A stretch of 64,000 nt of DNA from Mobula hypostoma. Its lineage: Eukaryota. The notes under the pieces were generated by a model that ran no database searches, was not told where the DNA came from, and was given only the letters and a program-made list of their open reading frames with translations. The stretch lies in assembly GCF_963921235.1 (NCBI RefSeq), contig NW_026948115.1, positions 248,001 to 312,000 of the forward strand. The letters are read 5' to 3'. This document shows positions 1-13,105 of the stretch, in pieces (position 1 is the first letter of the stretch; every line of letters starts with the position of its first letter). The position numbers and the translations under genes are program-made.

Positions 1-3000
1 CTCCGTCTCCTCACTCCACCCTCCCCTCCGTCTCCTCACTCCACCCTCCCCTCCGTCTCCTCACTCCACCCTCCCCTCCGTCTCCTCTCCCCACCCTCCC
101 CTCCGTCTCCTCACCCCACCCTCCCCTCCGTCTCCTCACTCCACCCTCCCCTCCGTCTCCTCTCCCCACCCTCCCCTCCGTCTCCTCACTCCACCCTCCC
201 CTCCGTCTCCTCACTCCACCCTCCCCTCCGTCTCCTCACTCCACCCTCCCCTCCGTCTCCTCTCCCCCCTCCCCTCCGTCTCCTCACTCCACCCTCCCCT
301 CCGTCTCCTCTCCCCAACCTCCCCTCCGTCTCCTCACTCCACCCTCCCCTCCGTCTCCTCACTCCACCCTCCCTCCGTCTCCTCACTCCACCCTCCCCTC
401 CGTCTCCTCACTCCACCCTCCCCTCCGTCTCCTCACTCCACCCTCCCCTCCGTCTCCTCACTCCACCCTCCCTCCGTCTCCTCACTCCACCCTCCCCTCC
501 GTCTCCTCACTCCACCCTCCCTCCGTCTCCTCACTCCACCCTCCCCTCCGTCTCCTCACTCCACCCTCCCCTCCGTCTCCTCACTCCACCCTCCCCTCCG
601 TCTCCTCACTCCACCCTCCCCTCCGTCTCCTCACTCCACCCCTCCGTCTCCTCACTCCACCCTCCCCTCCGTCTCCTCACTCCACCCTCCCCTCCGTCTC
701 CTCTCTCCACCCTCCCCTCCGTCTCCTCACTCCACCCTCCCCTCCGTCTCCTCACTCCACCCTCCCTCCGTCTCCTCACTCCACCCTCCCCTCCGTCTCC
801 TCACTCCACCCTCCCCTCCGTCTCCTCACTCCACCCTCCCCTCCGTCTCCTCACTCCACCCTCCCTCCGTCTCCTCACTCCACCCTCCCCTCCGTCTCCT
901 CACTCCACCCTCCCTCCGTCTCCTCACTCCACCCTCCCCTCCGTCTCCTCACTCCACCCTCCCCTCCGTCTCCTCACTCCACCCTCCCCTCCGTCTCCTC
1001 TCCCCAACCTCCCCTCCGTCTCCTCACTCCACCCTCCCCTCCGTCTCCTCACTCCACCCTCCCTCCGTCTCCTCACTCCACCCTCCCCTCCGTCTCCTCA
1101 CTCCACCCTCCCCTCCGTCTCCTCACTCCACCCTCCCCTCCGTCTCCTCACTCCACCCTCCCTCCGTCTCCTCACTCCACCCTCCCCTCCGTCTCCTCAC
1201 TCCACCCTCCCTCCGTCTCCTCACTCCACCCTCCCCTCCGTCTCCTCACTCCACCCTCCCCTCCGTCTCCTCACTCCACCCTCCCCTCCGTCTCCTCACT
1301 CCACCCTCCCCTCCGTCTCCTCACTCCACCCCTCCGTCTCCTCACTCCACCCTCCCCTCCGTCTCCTCACTCCACCCTCCCCTCCGTCTCCTCTCTCCAC
1401 CCTCCCCTCCGTCTCCTCACTCCACCCTCCCCTCCGTCTCCTCACTCCACCCTCCCTCCGTCTCCTCACTCCACCCTCCCCTCCGTCTCCTCACTCCACC
1501 CTCCCCTCCGTCTCCTCACTCCACCCTCCCCTCCGTCTCCTCACTCCACCCTCCCTCCGTCTCCTCACTCCACCCTCCCCTCCGTCTCCTCACTCCACCC
1601 TCCCTCCGTCTCCTCACTCCACCCTCCCCTCCGTCTCCTCACTCCACCCTCCCCTCCGTCTCCTCACTCCACCCTCCCCTCCGTCTCCTCACTCCATCCT
1701 CCCCTCCGTCTCCTCACTCCACCCTCCCCTCCGTCTCCTCACTCCACCCTCCCTCCGTCTCCTCACTCCACCCTCCCCTCCGTCTCCTCTCCCCCCTCCC
1801 CTCCGTCTCCTCACTCCACCCCTCCGTCTCCTCACTCCACCCTCCCCTCCGTCTCCTCACTCCACCCTCCCCTCCGTCTCCTCTCTCCACCCTCCCCTCC
1901 GTCTCCTCTCTCCACCCTCCCCTCCGTCTCCTCACTCCACCCTCCCTCCGTCTCCTCACTCCACCCTCCCCTCCGTCTCCTCACTCCACCCTCCCCTCCG
2001 TCTCCTCACTCCACCCTCCCCTCTGTCTCCTCTCCCCACCCTCCCCTCCGTCTCCTCACTCCCCCCTCCCCTCCGTCTCCTCACTCCACCCTCCCCTCCG
2101 TCTCCTCTCCCCACCCTCCCCTCCGTCTCCTCACTCCACCCTCCCCTCCGTCTCCTCTCCCCACCCTCCCCTCCGTCTCCTCTCCCCCCTCCCCTCCGTC
2201 TCCTCACTCCACCCTCCCTCCGTCTCCTCTCCCCCTCCCCTCCGTCTCCTCTCCCCCTCCCCTCCGTCTCCTCACTCCACCCCCCCTCCGTCTCCTCACT
2301 CCACCCCCCTCCGTCTCCTCACTCCACCCTCCCCTCCGTCTCCTCTCCCCCTCCCCTCCGTCTCCTCTCCCCCCTCCCCTCCGTCTCCTCTCCCCCTCCC
2401 CTCCGTCTCCTCTCCCCCCTCCCCTCCGTCTCCTCTCCCCCCTCCCCTCCGTCTCCTCTCCCCCTCCCCTCCGTCTCCTCTCCCCCTCCCCTCCGTCTCC
2501 TCACTCCACCCCCCCTCCGTCTCCTCACTCCACCCCCCTCCGTCTCCTCACTCCACCCTCCCCTCCGTCTCCTCTCCCCCTCCCCTCCGTCTCCTCTCAC
2601 CCTCCCCTCCGTCTCCTCACTCCACCCTCCCCTCCGTCTCCTCTCCACCCTCCCCTCCGTCTCCTCACCCCACCCTCCCCTCCGTCTCCTCGCTCCACCC
2701 TCCCCTCCGTCTCCTCGCTCCACCCTCCCCTCCGTCTCCTCACCCCACCCTCCCCTCCGTCTCCTCTCCCCCCTCCCCTCCGTCTCCTCTCCCCCCTCCC
2801 CTCCGTCTCCTCTCACCCTCCCCTCCGTCTCCTCTCACCCTCCCCTCCGTCTCCTCACTCCACCCTCCCCTCCGTCTCCTCTCCCCCCTCCCCTCCGTCT
2901 CCTCACCCCACCCTCCCCTCCGTCTCCTCGCTCCATCCGTCTCCTCGCTCCACCCTCCCCTCCGTCTCCTCACCCCACCCTCCCCTCCGTCTCCTCTCCC

Positions 3001-6000
3001 CCCTCCCCTCCGTCTCCTCTCCCCCCTCCCCTCCGTCTCCTCTCCCCCCTCCCCTCCGTCTCCTCACTCCACCCTCCCCTCCGTCTCCTCACCCCACCCT
3101 CCCCTCCGTCTCCTCACTCCACCCTCCCCTCCGTCTCCTCACTCCACCCTCCCCTCCGTCTCCTCACTCCACCCTCCCCTCCGTCTCCTCACCCCACCCT
3201 CCCCTCCGTCTCCTCACCCCACCCTCCCTCCGTCTCCTCTCCCCCTCCCCTCCGTCTCCTCTCCCCCTCCCCTCCGTCTCCTCTCCCCCTCCCCTCCGTC
3301 TCCTCACTCCACCCTCCCCTCCGTCTCCTCACTCCACCCTCCCCTCCGTCTCCTCTCCCCCCTCCCCTCCGTCTCCTCTCCCCACCCTCCCCTCCGTCTC
3401 CTCACTCCCCCCTCCCCTCCGTCTCCTCTCCCCCCTCCCCTCCGTCTCCTCTCCCCCCTCCCCTCCGTCTCCTCTCCCCCCTCCCCTCCGTCTCCTCACC
3501 CCACCCTCCCCTCCGTCTCCTCACCCCACCCTCCCCTCCGTCTCCTCACCCCACCCTCCCCTCCGTCTCCTCACTCCACCCTCCCCTCCGTCTCCTCACA
3601 CCACCCTCCTCTCCGTCTCCTCACTCCACCCTCCCCTCCGTCTCCTCACCCCACCCTCCCTCCGTCTCCTCTCCCCCCTCCCCTCCGTCTTCTCTCCCCC
3701 CTCCCCTCCGTCTTCTCTCCCCCTCCCCTCCGTCTTCTCTCCCCCCTCCCCTCTGTCTCCTCTCCCCCCTCCCCTCCGTCTCCTCTCCCCCCTCCCCTCC
3801 GTCTCCTCTCCCCTTCCCCTCCGTCTCCTCTCCCCCTCCCCTCCGTCTCCTCACTCCACCCTCCCCTCCGTCTCCTCTCCCCCCTCCCCTCCGTCTCCTC
3901 TCCCCCCTCCCCTCCGTCTCCTCTCCCCCCTCCCCTCCGTCTCCTCACCCCACCCTCCCCTCCGTCTCCTCACCCCACCCTCCCCTCCGTCTCCTCACTC
4001 CACCCTCCCCTCCGTCTCCTCACTCCACCCTCCCCTCCGTCTCCTCTCCCCCTCCCCTCCGTCTCCTCTCCCCCCTCCCCTCCGTCTCCTCTCCCCCCTC
4101 CCCTCCGTCTCCTCACCCCACCCTCCCCTCCGTCTCCTCACCCCACCCTCCCCTCCGTCTCCTCACTCCACCCTCCCCTCCGTCTCCTCACCCCACCCTC
4201 CCCTCCGTCTCCTCACCCCACCCTCCCCTCCGTCTCCTCACCCCACCCTCCCCTCCGTCTCCTCACTCCACCCTCCCCTCCGTCTCCTCACTCCACCCTC
4301 CCCTCCGTCTCCTCACTCCACCCTCCCCTCCGTCTCCTCACTCCACCCCTCCGTCTCCTCACCCCACCCTCCCCTCCGTCTCCTCTCCCCCCTCCCCTCC
4401 GTCTCCTCACCCCACCCTCCCCTCCGTCTCCTCACTCCACCCTCCCCTCCGTCTCCTCACCCCACCCTCCCCTCCGTCTCCTCACTCCACCCTCCCCTCC
4501 GTCTCCTCACTCCACCCTCCCCTCCGTCTCCTCACTCCACCCCTCCGTCTCCTCACCCCACCCTCCCCTCCGTCTCCTCACCCCACCCTCCCCTCCGTCT
4601 CCTCACTCCACCCTCCCCTCCGTCTCCTCTCCCCCCTCCCCTCCGTCTCCTCACCCCACCCTCCCCTCCGTCTCCTCTCCCCCCTCCCCTCCGTCTCCTC
4701 ACCCCACCCTCCCCTCCGTCTCCTCACTCCACCCTCCCCTCCGTCTCCTCACCCCACCCTCCCCTCCGTCTCCTCTCCCCCCTCCCCTCCGTCTCCTCAC
4801 CCCACCCTCCCCTCCGTCTCCTCACCCCACCCTCCCCTCCGTCTCCTCACCCCACCCTCCCCTCCGTCTCCTCACTCCACCCTCCCCTCCGTCTCCTCAC
4901 TCCACTCCGTCTCCTCGCCCCACCCTCCCCTCCGTCTCCTCACCCCACCCTCCCCTCCGTCTCCTCACCCCACCCTCCCCTCCGTCTCCTCACTCCACTC
5001 TGTCTCCTCACCCCACCCTCCCCTCCGTCTCCTCACTCCACTCCGTCTCCTCGCCCCACCCTCCCCTCCGTCTCCTCGCCCCACCCTCCTCCGTCTCCTC
5101 GCCCCACCCTCCCCTCCGTCTCCTCACCCCACCCTCCCCTCCGTCTCCTCACCCCACCCTCCCCTCCGTCTCCTCACTCCACTCTGTCTCCTCACCCCAC
5201 CCTCCCCTCCGTCTCCTCACTCCACTCCGTCTCCTCGCCCCACCCTCCCCTCCGTCTCCTCGCCCCACCCTCCTCTGTCTCCTCGCCCCACCCTCCCCTC
5301 CGTCTCCTCGCTCCATCCGTCTCCTCGCTCCACCCTCCCCTCCGTCTCCTCACCCCACCCTCCCCTCCGTCTCCTCACCCCACCCTCCCCTCCGTCTCCT
5401 CACTCCACTCCGTCTTCTCACCCCACCCTCCCCTCCGTCTCCTCACCCCACCCTCCCCTCCGTCTCCTCACCCCACCCTCCCCTCCGTCTCCTCACCCCA
5501 CCCTCCCCTCCGTCTCCTCACTCCCCTCCGTCCCCTCACTCCACCCTCTCCTCCGTCTCCTCTCCACCCTCCCCTCCGTCTCCTCACTCCACCCTCCCCT
5601 CCGTCTCCTCACCCCACCCTCCCCTCCGTCTCCTCACTCCACCCTCCCCTCCGTCTCCTCACTCCACCCTCCCCTCCGTCTCCTCACTCCACCCTCCCCT
5701 CCGTCTCCTCACCCCACCCTCCCCTCCGTCTCCTCACTCCCCTCCGTCTCCTCACCCCACCCTCCCCTCCGTCTCCTCACCCCACCCTCCCCTCCGTCTC
5801 CTCACCCCACCCTGCCCTCCGTCTCCTCACCCCACCCTCTCCTCCGTCCCCTCACTCCACCCTCTCCTCCGTCTCCTCTCCACCCTCCCCTCCGTCTCCT
5901 CACTCCACCCTCCCCTCCGTCCCCTCACTCCACCCTCCCCTCCGTCCCCTCACTCCACCCTCCCCTCCATCTCCTCTCCACCCTCCCCTCCGTCCCCTCG

Positions 6001-9000
6001 CTCCACCCTCCCCTCCGTCCCCTCGCTCCACCCTTCCGTCTCCTCGCTCCACCCTCCCCTCCGTCTCCTCACTCCACCCTCCCCTCCGTCTCCTCACTCC
6101 ACCCTCCCCTCCGTCTCCTCTCCACCCTCCCCTCCGTCTCCTCACTCCACCCTCCTCTCCGTCTCCTCTCTCCACCCTCCTCTCCGTCACCTCACTCCAC
6201 CCTCCCCTCCGTCTCCTCACTCCACCCTCCCCTCCGTCTCCTCTCCCCACTCCCCTCCGTCTCCTCACTCCACCCTCTCCTCCGTCTCCTCACACCACCC
6301 TCACCTCCGTCTCCTCACTCCACCCTCCCCTCCGTCTCCTCACTCCCCCCTCCCCTCCGTCTCCTCACTCCACCCTCCCTTCCGTCTCCTCAATCCACCC
6401 TCCCCTCCGTCCCCTCACTCCACCCTCCCCTCCCCTCCGTCCCCTCACTCCACCCTCCCCTCCCCTCCGTCTCCTCTCTCCCCCCTCCCCTCTCTCCGTC
6501 TCCTCTCTCCCCCCTCCCCTCTCTCCGTCTCCTCTCTCCCCCCTCCTCCTCCGTCCCCTCACTCCACCCTCCCCTCCGTCTCCTCACTCCACCCTCCCCT
6601 CCGTCCCCTCACTCCACCCTCCCCTCCGTCCCCTCACTCCACCCTCTCCTCCGTCTCCTCACTCCACCCTCCCCTCCGTCTCCTCACTCCACCTTCTCCT
6701 CCGTCTCCTCTCCCCCCTCCCCTCCGTCTCCTCACTCCACCCTCCCCTCCGTCTCTTCACTCCACCCTCCCCTCCGTCTCCTCTCTCCACCCTCCGCTCC
6801 GTCCCCTCACTCCACCCTCCCCTCCGTCCCCTCACTCCACCCTCCCCTCCGTCTCCTCTCTCCACCCACCCCTCCCCGCCGACTCCTCTCTCCCACCTCC
6901 CCTCTCTCCGTCTCCTCTCTCCCCCCTCCTCCTACTCTCTCCCCTCTCCCCTCCACCTCCTCTCCCCCCTCTCCTCCCCTCCGCCTCCTCTCTCCACCCT
7001 CCCCACCCCTCCGTCTCCTCTCTCCACCCTCCCCCGTCTCCTCTCTCCCCTTCCCCTCCCCGCCGCCTCTTCTCTCCCCCTCCGCCCCCTCTCTCCCCTC
7101 TCCCCACAGTCTCCTCTCCCCCGCCTCCTCTCCGTCTCCTCTCTCCTCCCTCCCCTCCCCTCCCTCCTCTCTCCACCCTCCCCTCCCCTCCGTCTCCTCT
7201 CTCTCTCCCTCCGTCTCCTCTCTCCACCCTCACCTCCGCTCCGTCTCCTCTCTCCACCCTCCCCTCCGCCTCCTCTCTCCCTACCTCCCATCCTCCTCCT
7301 CTCTCCCCACCTCCCCTCCGCCTCCTCTCTTCCCCCTCCCCTCCCCTCCGTCTCCTCTCTACCCCTCCCCTCCCCTCCGTCTCCTCTCTCCCCCCTCCCC
7401 TCCACTCCGTCTCCTCACTCCACCCTCCCCTCCGTCTCCTCTTCCCCCTCTCCTCCGTCTCCTCACTCCACCCTCCCCTATGTCTCCTCACTCCACCCTC
7501 CCCTGTCTCCTCACTCCACCCTCCCCTCCGTCTCCTCTCTCCACCCTCCCCTCCGTCTCCTCTCCCCCCTCCCCTCCGTCTCCTCTCCCCCCTCCCCTCC
7601 GTCTCCTCACTCCACCCTCCCCTCCGTCTCCTCTCTCCCCCTTCCCCTCTCTCCGTCTCTTCTCTCCCCCCTCCCCTCCCCTCCGCCTCCTCTCTCCCCC
7701 TCCGTCTCCTCTCTCCCTTCTCTCCTCCCCTCCGTCTCCTCTCTCCCCCCTCCCCTCCCCTCCGTCTCCTCTCTCCCCCCTCCCCTCTCTCCGTCTCCTC
7801 TCTCCCCCCTCCCCTCTCTCCGTCTCCTCTCTCCCCCCTCCTCCTCCTCTCTCCCCTCTCCCCTCCACCTCCTCTCCCCCCTCTCCTCCCCTCCGCCTCC
7901 TCTCTCCACCCTCCCCACCCCTCCGTCTCCTCTCTCCACCCTCCCCGTCTCCTCTCTCCCCTTCCCCTCCCCGCCGCCTCTTCTCTCCCCCTCCGCCTCC
8001 TCTCTCCCCCCTCCTGCTCCTCTCTCCCCTCTCCCCACAGTCTCCTCTCTCCCCCGCCTCCTCTCCGTCTCCTCTCTCCTCCCTCCCCTCCCCTCCCTCC
8101 TCTCTCCACCCTCCCCTCCCCTCCGTCTCCTCTCTCTCTCCCTCCGTCTCCTCTCTCCACCCTCACCTCCGCTCCGTCTCCTCTCTCCACCCTCCCCTCC
8201 GCCTCCTCTCTCCCTACCTCCCATCCTCCTCCTCTCTCCCCACCTCCCCTCCGCCTCCTCTCTTCCCCCTCTCCTCCCCTCCGTCTCCTCTCTACCCCTC
8301 CCCTCCGTCTGCTCTCTCCCCCCTCCCCTCCGCTCCGTCTCCTCACTCCACCCTCCCCTCCGTCTCCTCTTCCCCCTCTCCTCCGTCTCCTCACTCCACC
8401 CTCCCCTATGTCTCCTCACTCCACCCTCCCCTCCGTCTCCTCTCTCCACCCTCCCCTCCGTCTCCTCTCCCCCCTCCCCTCCGTCTCCTCTCCCCCCTCC
8501 CCTCCGTCTCCTCACTCCACCCTCCCCTCCGTCTCCTCTCTCCCCTTCCCCTCTCTCCGTCTCCTCTCTCCCCCCTCCCCTCCCCTCCGTCTCCTCTCTC
8601 CCCCTCCCCTCCCCTCCACCTCCTCTCTCCCCCTCCCCTCCCCTCCACCTCCTCTCTCCCCCTCCGTCTCCTCTCTCCCTTCTCTCCTCCCCTCCGTCTC
8701 CTCTCTCCCCCCTCCCCTCCCCTCCGTCTCCTCTCTCCCCCCTCCCCTCTCTCCGTCTCCTCTCTCCCCCCTCCCCTCTATCCGTCTCCTCTCTCCTCCC
8801 TCCCCTCTCTCCGTCTCCTCTCTCCTCCCTCCACTCGCCTCCGTCTCCTCTCTCCCCACTCCCCTCCCCTCCGTCTCCTCTCTCCACCCACCCCTCCCCG
8901 CCGACTCCTCTCTCCCCCTCCCCTCTCTCCGTCTCCTCTCTCCCCCCTCCTCCTCCTCTCTCCCCTCTCCCCTCCACCTCCTCTCCCCCCTCTCCTCCCC

Positions 9001-10455
9001 TCCGCCTCCTCTCTCCACCCTCCCCACCCCTCCGTCTCCTCTCTCCACCCTCCCCCGTCTCCTCTCTCCCCTTCCCCTCCCCGCCGCCTCTTCTCTCCCC
9101 CTCCGCCTCCTCTCTCCCCCCTCCTGCTCCTCTCTCCCCTCTCCCCACAGTCTCCTCTCTCCCCCGCCTCCTCTCCGTCTCCTCTCTCCTCCCTCCCCTC
9201 CCCTCCCTCCTCTCTCCACCCTCCCCTCCCCTCCGTCTCCTCTCTCTCTCCCTCCGTCTCCTCTCTCCACCCTCACCTCCGCTCCGTCTCCTCTCTCCAC
9301 CCTCCCCTCCGCCTCCTCTCTCCCTACCTCCCCTCCTCCTCCTCTCTCCCCACCTCCCCTCCGCCTCCTCTCTTCCCCCTCTCCTCCCCTCCGTCTCCTC
9401 TCTCCCCCTCCCCTCCCCTCCGTCTCCTCTCTCCCCCCTCCCCTCCACTCCGTCTCCTCTCTCCACCCTCCCCTCTGTCTCCTCTCTCCGTCTCCTCTCT
9501 CCACCCTCCGCCTCCTCTCCCCCCTCCCCTGCCCTCCCCTCCGCATCCTCGTCTCCTCTCTCCACCCCCCCTCCGTTTCCTCTCTCCCCCCTCCGCTNNN
9601 NNNNNNNNNNNNNNNNNNNNNNNNNNNNNNNNNNNNNNNNNNNNNNNNNNNNNNNNNNNNNNNNNNNNNNNNNNNNNNNNNNNNNNNNNNNNNNNNNNNN
9701 NNNNNNNNNNNNNNNNNNNNNNNNNNNNNNNNNNNCCCCCTCCCCTCCGTCTCCTCTCTCCACCCTCCCCTCTCTCCGTCTCCTCTCTCCCCCCTCCCCT
9801 CCCCTCCATCTCCTCTCTCCACCCTCCCCTCCCCGCCGACTCCTCTCTCCACCCTCCCCTCCCCTCCGTCTTCTCTCTCTCCCCCTCCGTCTCCTCTCTC
9901 CACCCTCCCATCCACTCCGTCTCCTCTCTACACACTCCCCTCCCCTCCGTCTCCTCTCTCCCCACCTCCCCTCCGCCTCTTCTCTCCCCCCTCCCCTCCA
10001 CTCCGTCTCCTCTCTCCTCCTCCCCTCCCCTCCGTCTCCTCTCTCCCCGCCTCCTCTCCGTCTCCTCTCTCCCCCTCCCCTCCCCTCCATCTCCTCTCTC
10101 TACCCTCCCCTCTCTCCACCCTCCCCTCTCCACCGTCTCCTCTCTCCACCCTCCCCCTCTCCGTCTCCTCTCTCCCCCCTCCCCCCTCGCCTCCTCTCTC
10201 CCCTCTCCCCACCGTCTCCTCTCTCCCCCGCCTCCCCTCCGTCTCCTCACTCTCCCCCCTCCCCTTCCCTCCGTCTCCTCTCTCCCTTCTCCCCTCCCCT
10301 CCGTCTCCTCTCTCCCCCCTCCCCTCCCCTCCGTCTCCTCTCTCTCCCCCCTCCCCTCCCCTCCGTCTCCTCTCTCCCTTCTCCCCTCCGTCTCCTCTCT
10401 ACCCCTCCCCTCCCCTCCCCTCCGTCTCCTCTCCCCCCCTCCATCTCCACTCCCT
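1..10455. repeat. CT-rich minisatellite (core ~25 bp CTCCACCCTCCCCTCCGTCTCCTCA) filling the intron upstream of the class I alpha3 exon; drifts to almost pure pyrimidine toward the acceptor
   Basis: Hundreds of direct copies are visible. The array begins before position 1 and ends ~75 bp before the acceptor at 10529-10530. Confidence 0.98.
9598..9735. other. Assembly gap (138 N) inside the minisatellite
   Basis: Run of n characters. Confidence 1.
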
Positions 10456-10530
10456 CTGTGCCTTCACCCTCTCCTATCACCCTACTCCACTTCTTGCCCC
10501 CACTCACTGCCTCTTTCTCCCCCACCCCAG

Positions 10531-10794
10531 ATCCCCCCAAAGTCTCGTTCACCGCCTCCAAGGATGGCCGCCACCTCTCCTGTGTGGCCACTGGCTTCTA
10601 CCCTCAGTCCATCGACGTGACTATTCTGCGGGACGGACGGATCCTGGGGGAGACCCATTCCCACGGGATCCTCCCCAATCACGACAACAGCTACCAGCTG
10701 ACCAGGACGGTGCGGGTGGAGCCCACGGACACAGCAGAGTTCTCCTGTCGGGTGGAACACCGGGGTCTCCCTGAGCCCCTCGTCCTGTTCCTGG
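10531..10794 (+). CDS. UAA: MHC class I heavy chain alpha3 (Ig C1-set) exon
   Basis: Acceptor ccccag| and donor G|gtaaga, 264 bp, phase 1-1. Translation DPPKVSF..LSCVATGFYPQSIDV..PNHDNSYQL..FSCRVEHRGL has both Ig cysteines, GFYP, and the PNxDxSYQ and CxVxH motifs. The UAA name is inferred from the tail and TAP linkage; alpha1/alpha2 are outside the window. Confidence 0.92.
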
Positions 10795-11060
10795 GTAAGA
10801 GACGCTCACCAGTGGGGCGGTACACGGGCAGTGAAAGTGAGGGGGCTTGGCTGACCACAGGCCCAGGGCTGGGACACTGTTGACCTCTGGTCCAAGAGCA
10901 CAGTGAGGGGTCACTGTTGACCACAGGCCCAGGGTTGGGCAAAGGGAGGAATCCGTGTTTCTGAGACAGGGTGGGGGGCTGTGGGTGGGGTTGGTGAAGG
11001 AGAATCGGGGTTATCTCTGTCTCTGTCACTGATGTGACTGTTTCTCTGAATCACCAATAG

Positions 11061-11162
11061 ATCTGAAGCCCAACTCCATCCCGATCTTGATCATCGCTAT
11101 AGTTGTGGTCCTGGTGATCCTGGTGGTGGTCATCGCTGTTGGTATTGCCTACAAAAAGAAAG
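11061..11162 (+). CDS. UAA: MHC class I connecting peptide/transmembrane exon
   Basis: aatag| ... G|gtagga, 102 bp, phase 1-1; DLKPNSIPILIIAIVVVLVILVVVIAVGIAYKKK (hydrophobic stretch then basic stop-transfer). Confidence 0.92.
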
Positions 11163-12193
11163 GTAGGACTGGAGGGAGTTGGACTATTCCCCTGGGGAAG
11201 GGGGCTTGGGCAGTGTGTGTCCTCCTGGCATTCCTCAGCAAATCCCAACCCAGCACCCTTGTGTTTCTACACCCAAGGTGCCCACATTCAACGCTGCCTG
11301 TCTTCAACCCCACCATTCCCCACCTCTTTTCCTTCTCCCATGAGAACAGTTTCCTCTTCTTAACTGTCGGTAATGTGTCAACCTCGACACCACCCCCAGC
11401 GGTGTTCCACTCACGCCCCTGACATTCACCCTCTGTACTTTCTTTCAATCAACCTCACAAGGATGTTCTTTGGTATTAGACGTTTCTTTCCTGCTTAAAG
11501 CCAAAGCTGGTTGTCCATGTTATCTAAACCTCTGATCATCTTATAGAGTAACGGTCACAATTCCCCAGTTCGAGAGTCGTTGGGTCAGACTGTGGAATTA
11601 GTCCCTTGGACACGACCTACCATTGCTGATCACATACTTGCACACTCTGATCCCATTTCCTTGCCCTCTCTACCTTGGTGATTCAGATGCCTGTCTAGAT
11701 CTATCTTCAATGTTGTGAGAGTCTGTCTTCACTGCTCCGTCAGTGTGTTTGATTCCAGCCATCTTCTGGGGCAGGGTGTGTGAAATATTCTTTCCTCTGG
11801 TCACTTCCAGTGATCTTTCTCCTCACTGACAGATTCTGATCTTGGTCTCCTCTGCTCCGGGAAATCAGTTCCTCCTACCTGCCCCACCTGAGCCTCTCAT
11901 TACTGTGTGCATCCATACCTGGTGAACCTGACCAGGGTCAGGGTCAGTATTAGAGTAAATGGTCACTCCAAACCTCCCATTGACCACTCTGTCACACTCC
12001 AGCTTTGTTCTGTCTCATGGCCTTGCAATGAGTTGGGGCACCTGGTGATCCTGTTGGATGTGTCTCCTTTCACAACTTGTACCTTGAGTTCTGTTTGATT
12101 GGAATTCAGAGCTCACTGGGCAGGAGATGAATCTATCTGGTTATATGCTGGGGATGTGGGACTGTTCTCACTGACTGTCTCTGTGTTTTACAG

Positions 12194-12238
12194 CAGGCTG
12201 TTTTTCAGCAGGGAACAAGGGCTACAATCCCACCAAAA
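12194..12238 (+). CDS. UAA: MHC class I cytoplasmic exon 1
   Basis: ttttacag| ... A|gtaagt, 45 bp, phase 1-1; AGCFSAGNKGYNPTK with the conserved tail Tyr. In-frame alternative starts at 12197, 12209 and 12212. Confidence 0.85.
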
Positions 12239-12506
12239 GTAAGTTCACTGTAAATCACAGCTGGATGGTTGTGTGACACTGTTCATGTTCACTGGGTCTC
12301 AACAACAGAACAGGGGTTCTGTGCGTGTGTGTGTCTCTGTGTCTGTGTGTACAACACCTTTGTGTAAGAATTTGTCGGTGTGTGTGATTATCTGTATATA
12401 CCTGTGTTTGTGCAGTGGTGTATGGTGTGCATGTGGCTGTCTTTGTTTCTCCGTGTCTGCACTGCATTGGTAGTAAATATTTCCCTGCCTGTCCTTCCAT
12501 TCACAG

Positions 12507-12553
12507 CTTCTGACAAAGGAGAATCCTCCTCCAACTCCTCTGCCATGGCCTGA
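12507..12553 (+). CDS. UAA: MHC class I cytoplasmic exon 2 with stop codon
   Basis: ttcacag| TSDKGESSSNSSAMA-TGA, then G|gtagga. Closely resembles the elasmobranch classical class I tail as I recall it (GYNP.KTSD..ESSSNSSA.A). Confidence 0.88.
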
Positions 12554-13105
12554 GGTAGGAACCGTGTTGGGCTCTGGTCAATGCTGGGCTTCCCAGCTCT
12601 TGTCACTGGAGCTGGAGCTGGTCATTACAGCCCAGTCTGGGCACTGAGAAACCCCGATCCGGAACCAGAACTGTGGGATGGGCTGTAACCAGTCCCCACA
12701 GCACCTCACCCTGGGAATGGCCTCCTGCTGCGTTCCATTCCAGGGATCCAGTGCCCAGTTTTCATGGTTTCTCATTGGAATTGCTGCTTTCCCAGGGTTG
12801 CCCAGTGTTTTGAGGTGGGGGTGAGGGAGGGCTAGGCAGAGTTTGGGGTATGGGGGTGTTGTGGGTGATTTGTGGTGGTGGGGGGAGATGGATTTTGTGG
12901 GATGTGTTACGGTTGTGATGTGGTGGGGAATGGGTTGAATGTATAGATTATGTTGTACTGTTTATTGGGAATTGGAATCACTGAACATTATTCCCAGTGT
13001 TGGGGGGGGGGTGGTTTTAGTCGGTTTCATTGTCAGTGTTGGGGAGGTTTACTGCTGATGCCTCACTCTATAACCATCTCTCCTCGCCCCTCTCCCCCTC
13101 TGCAG

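Noticed and set aside
11-10620. Very long R/G/E-rich and P/S/L-rich ORFs (up to 1046 aa)
   Set aside because: They are translations of the stop-poor CT minisatellite, run through an N gap and lie in an intron.
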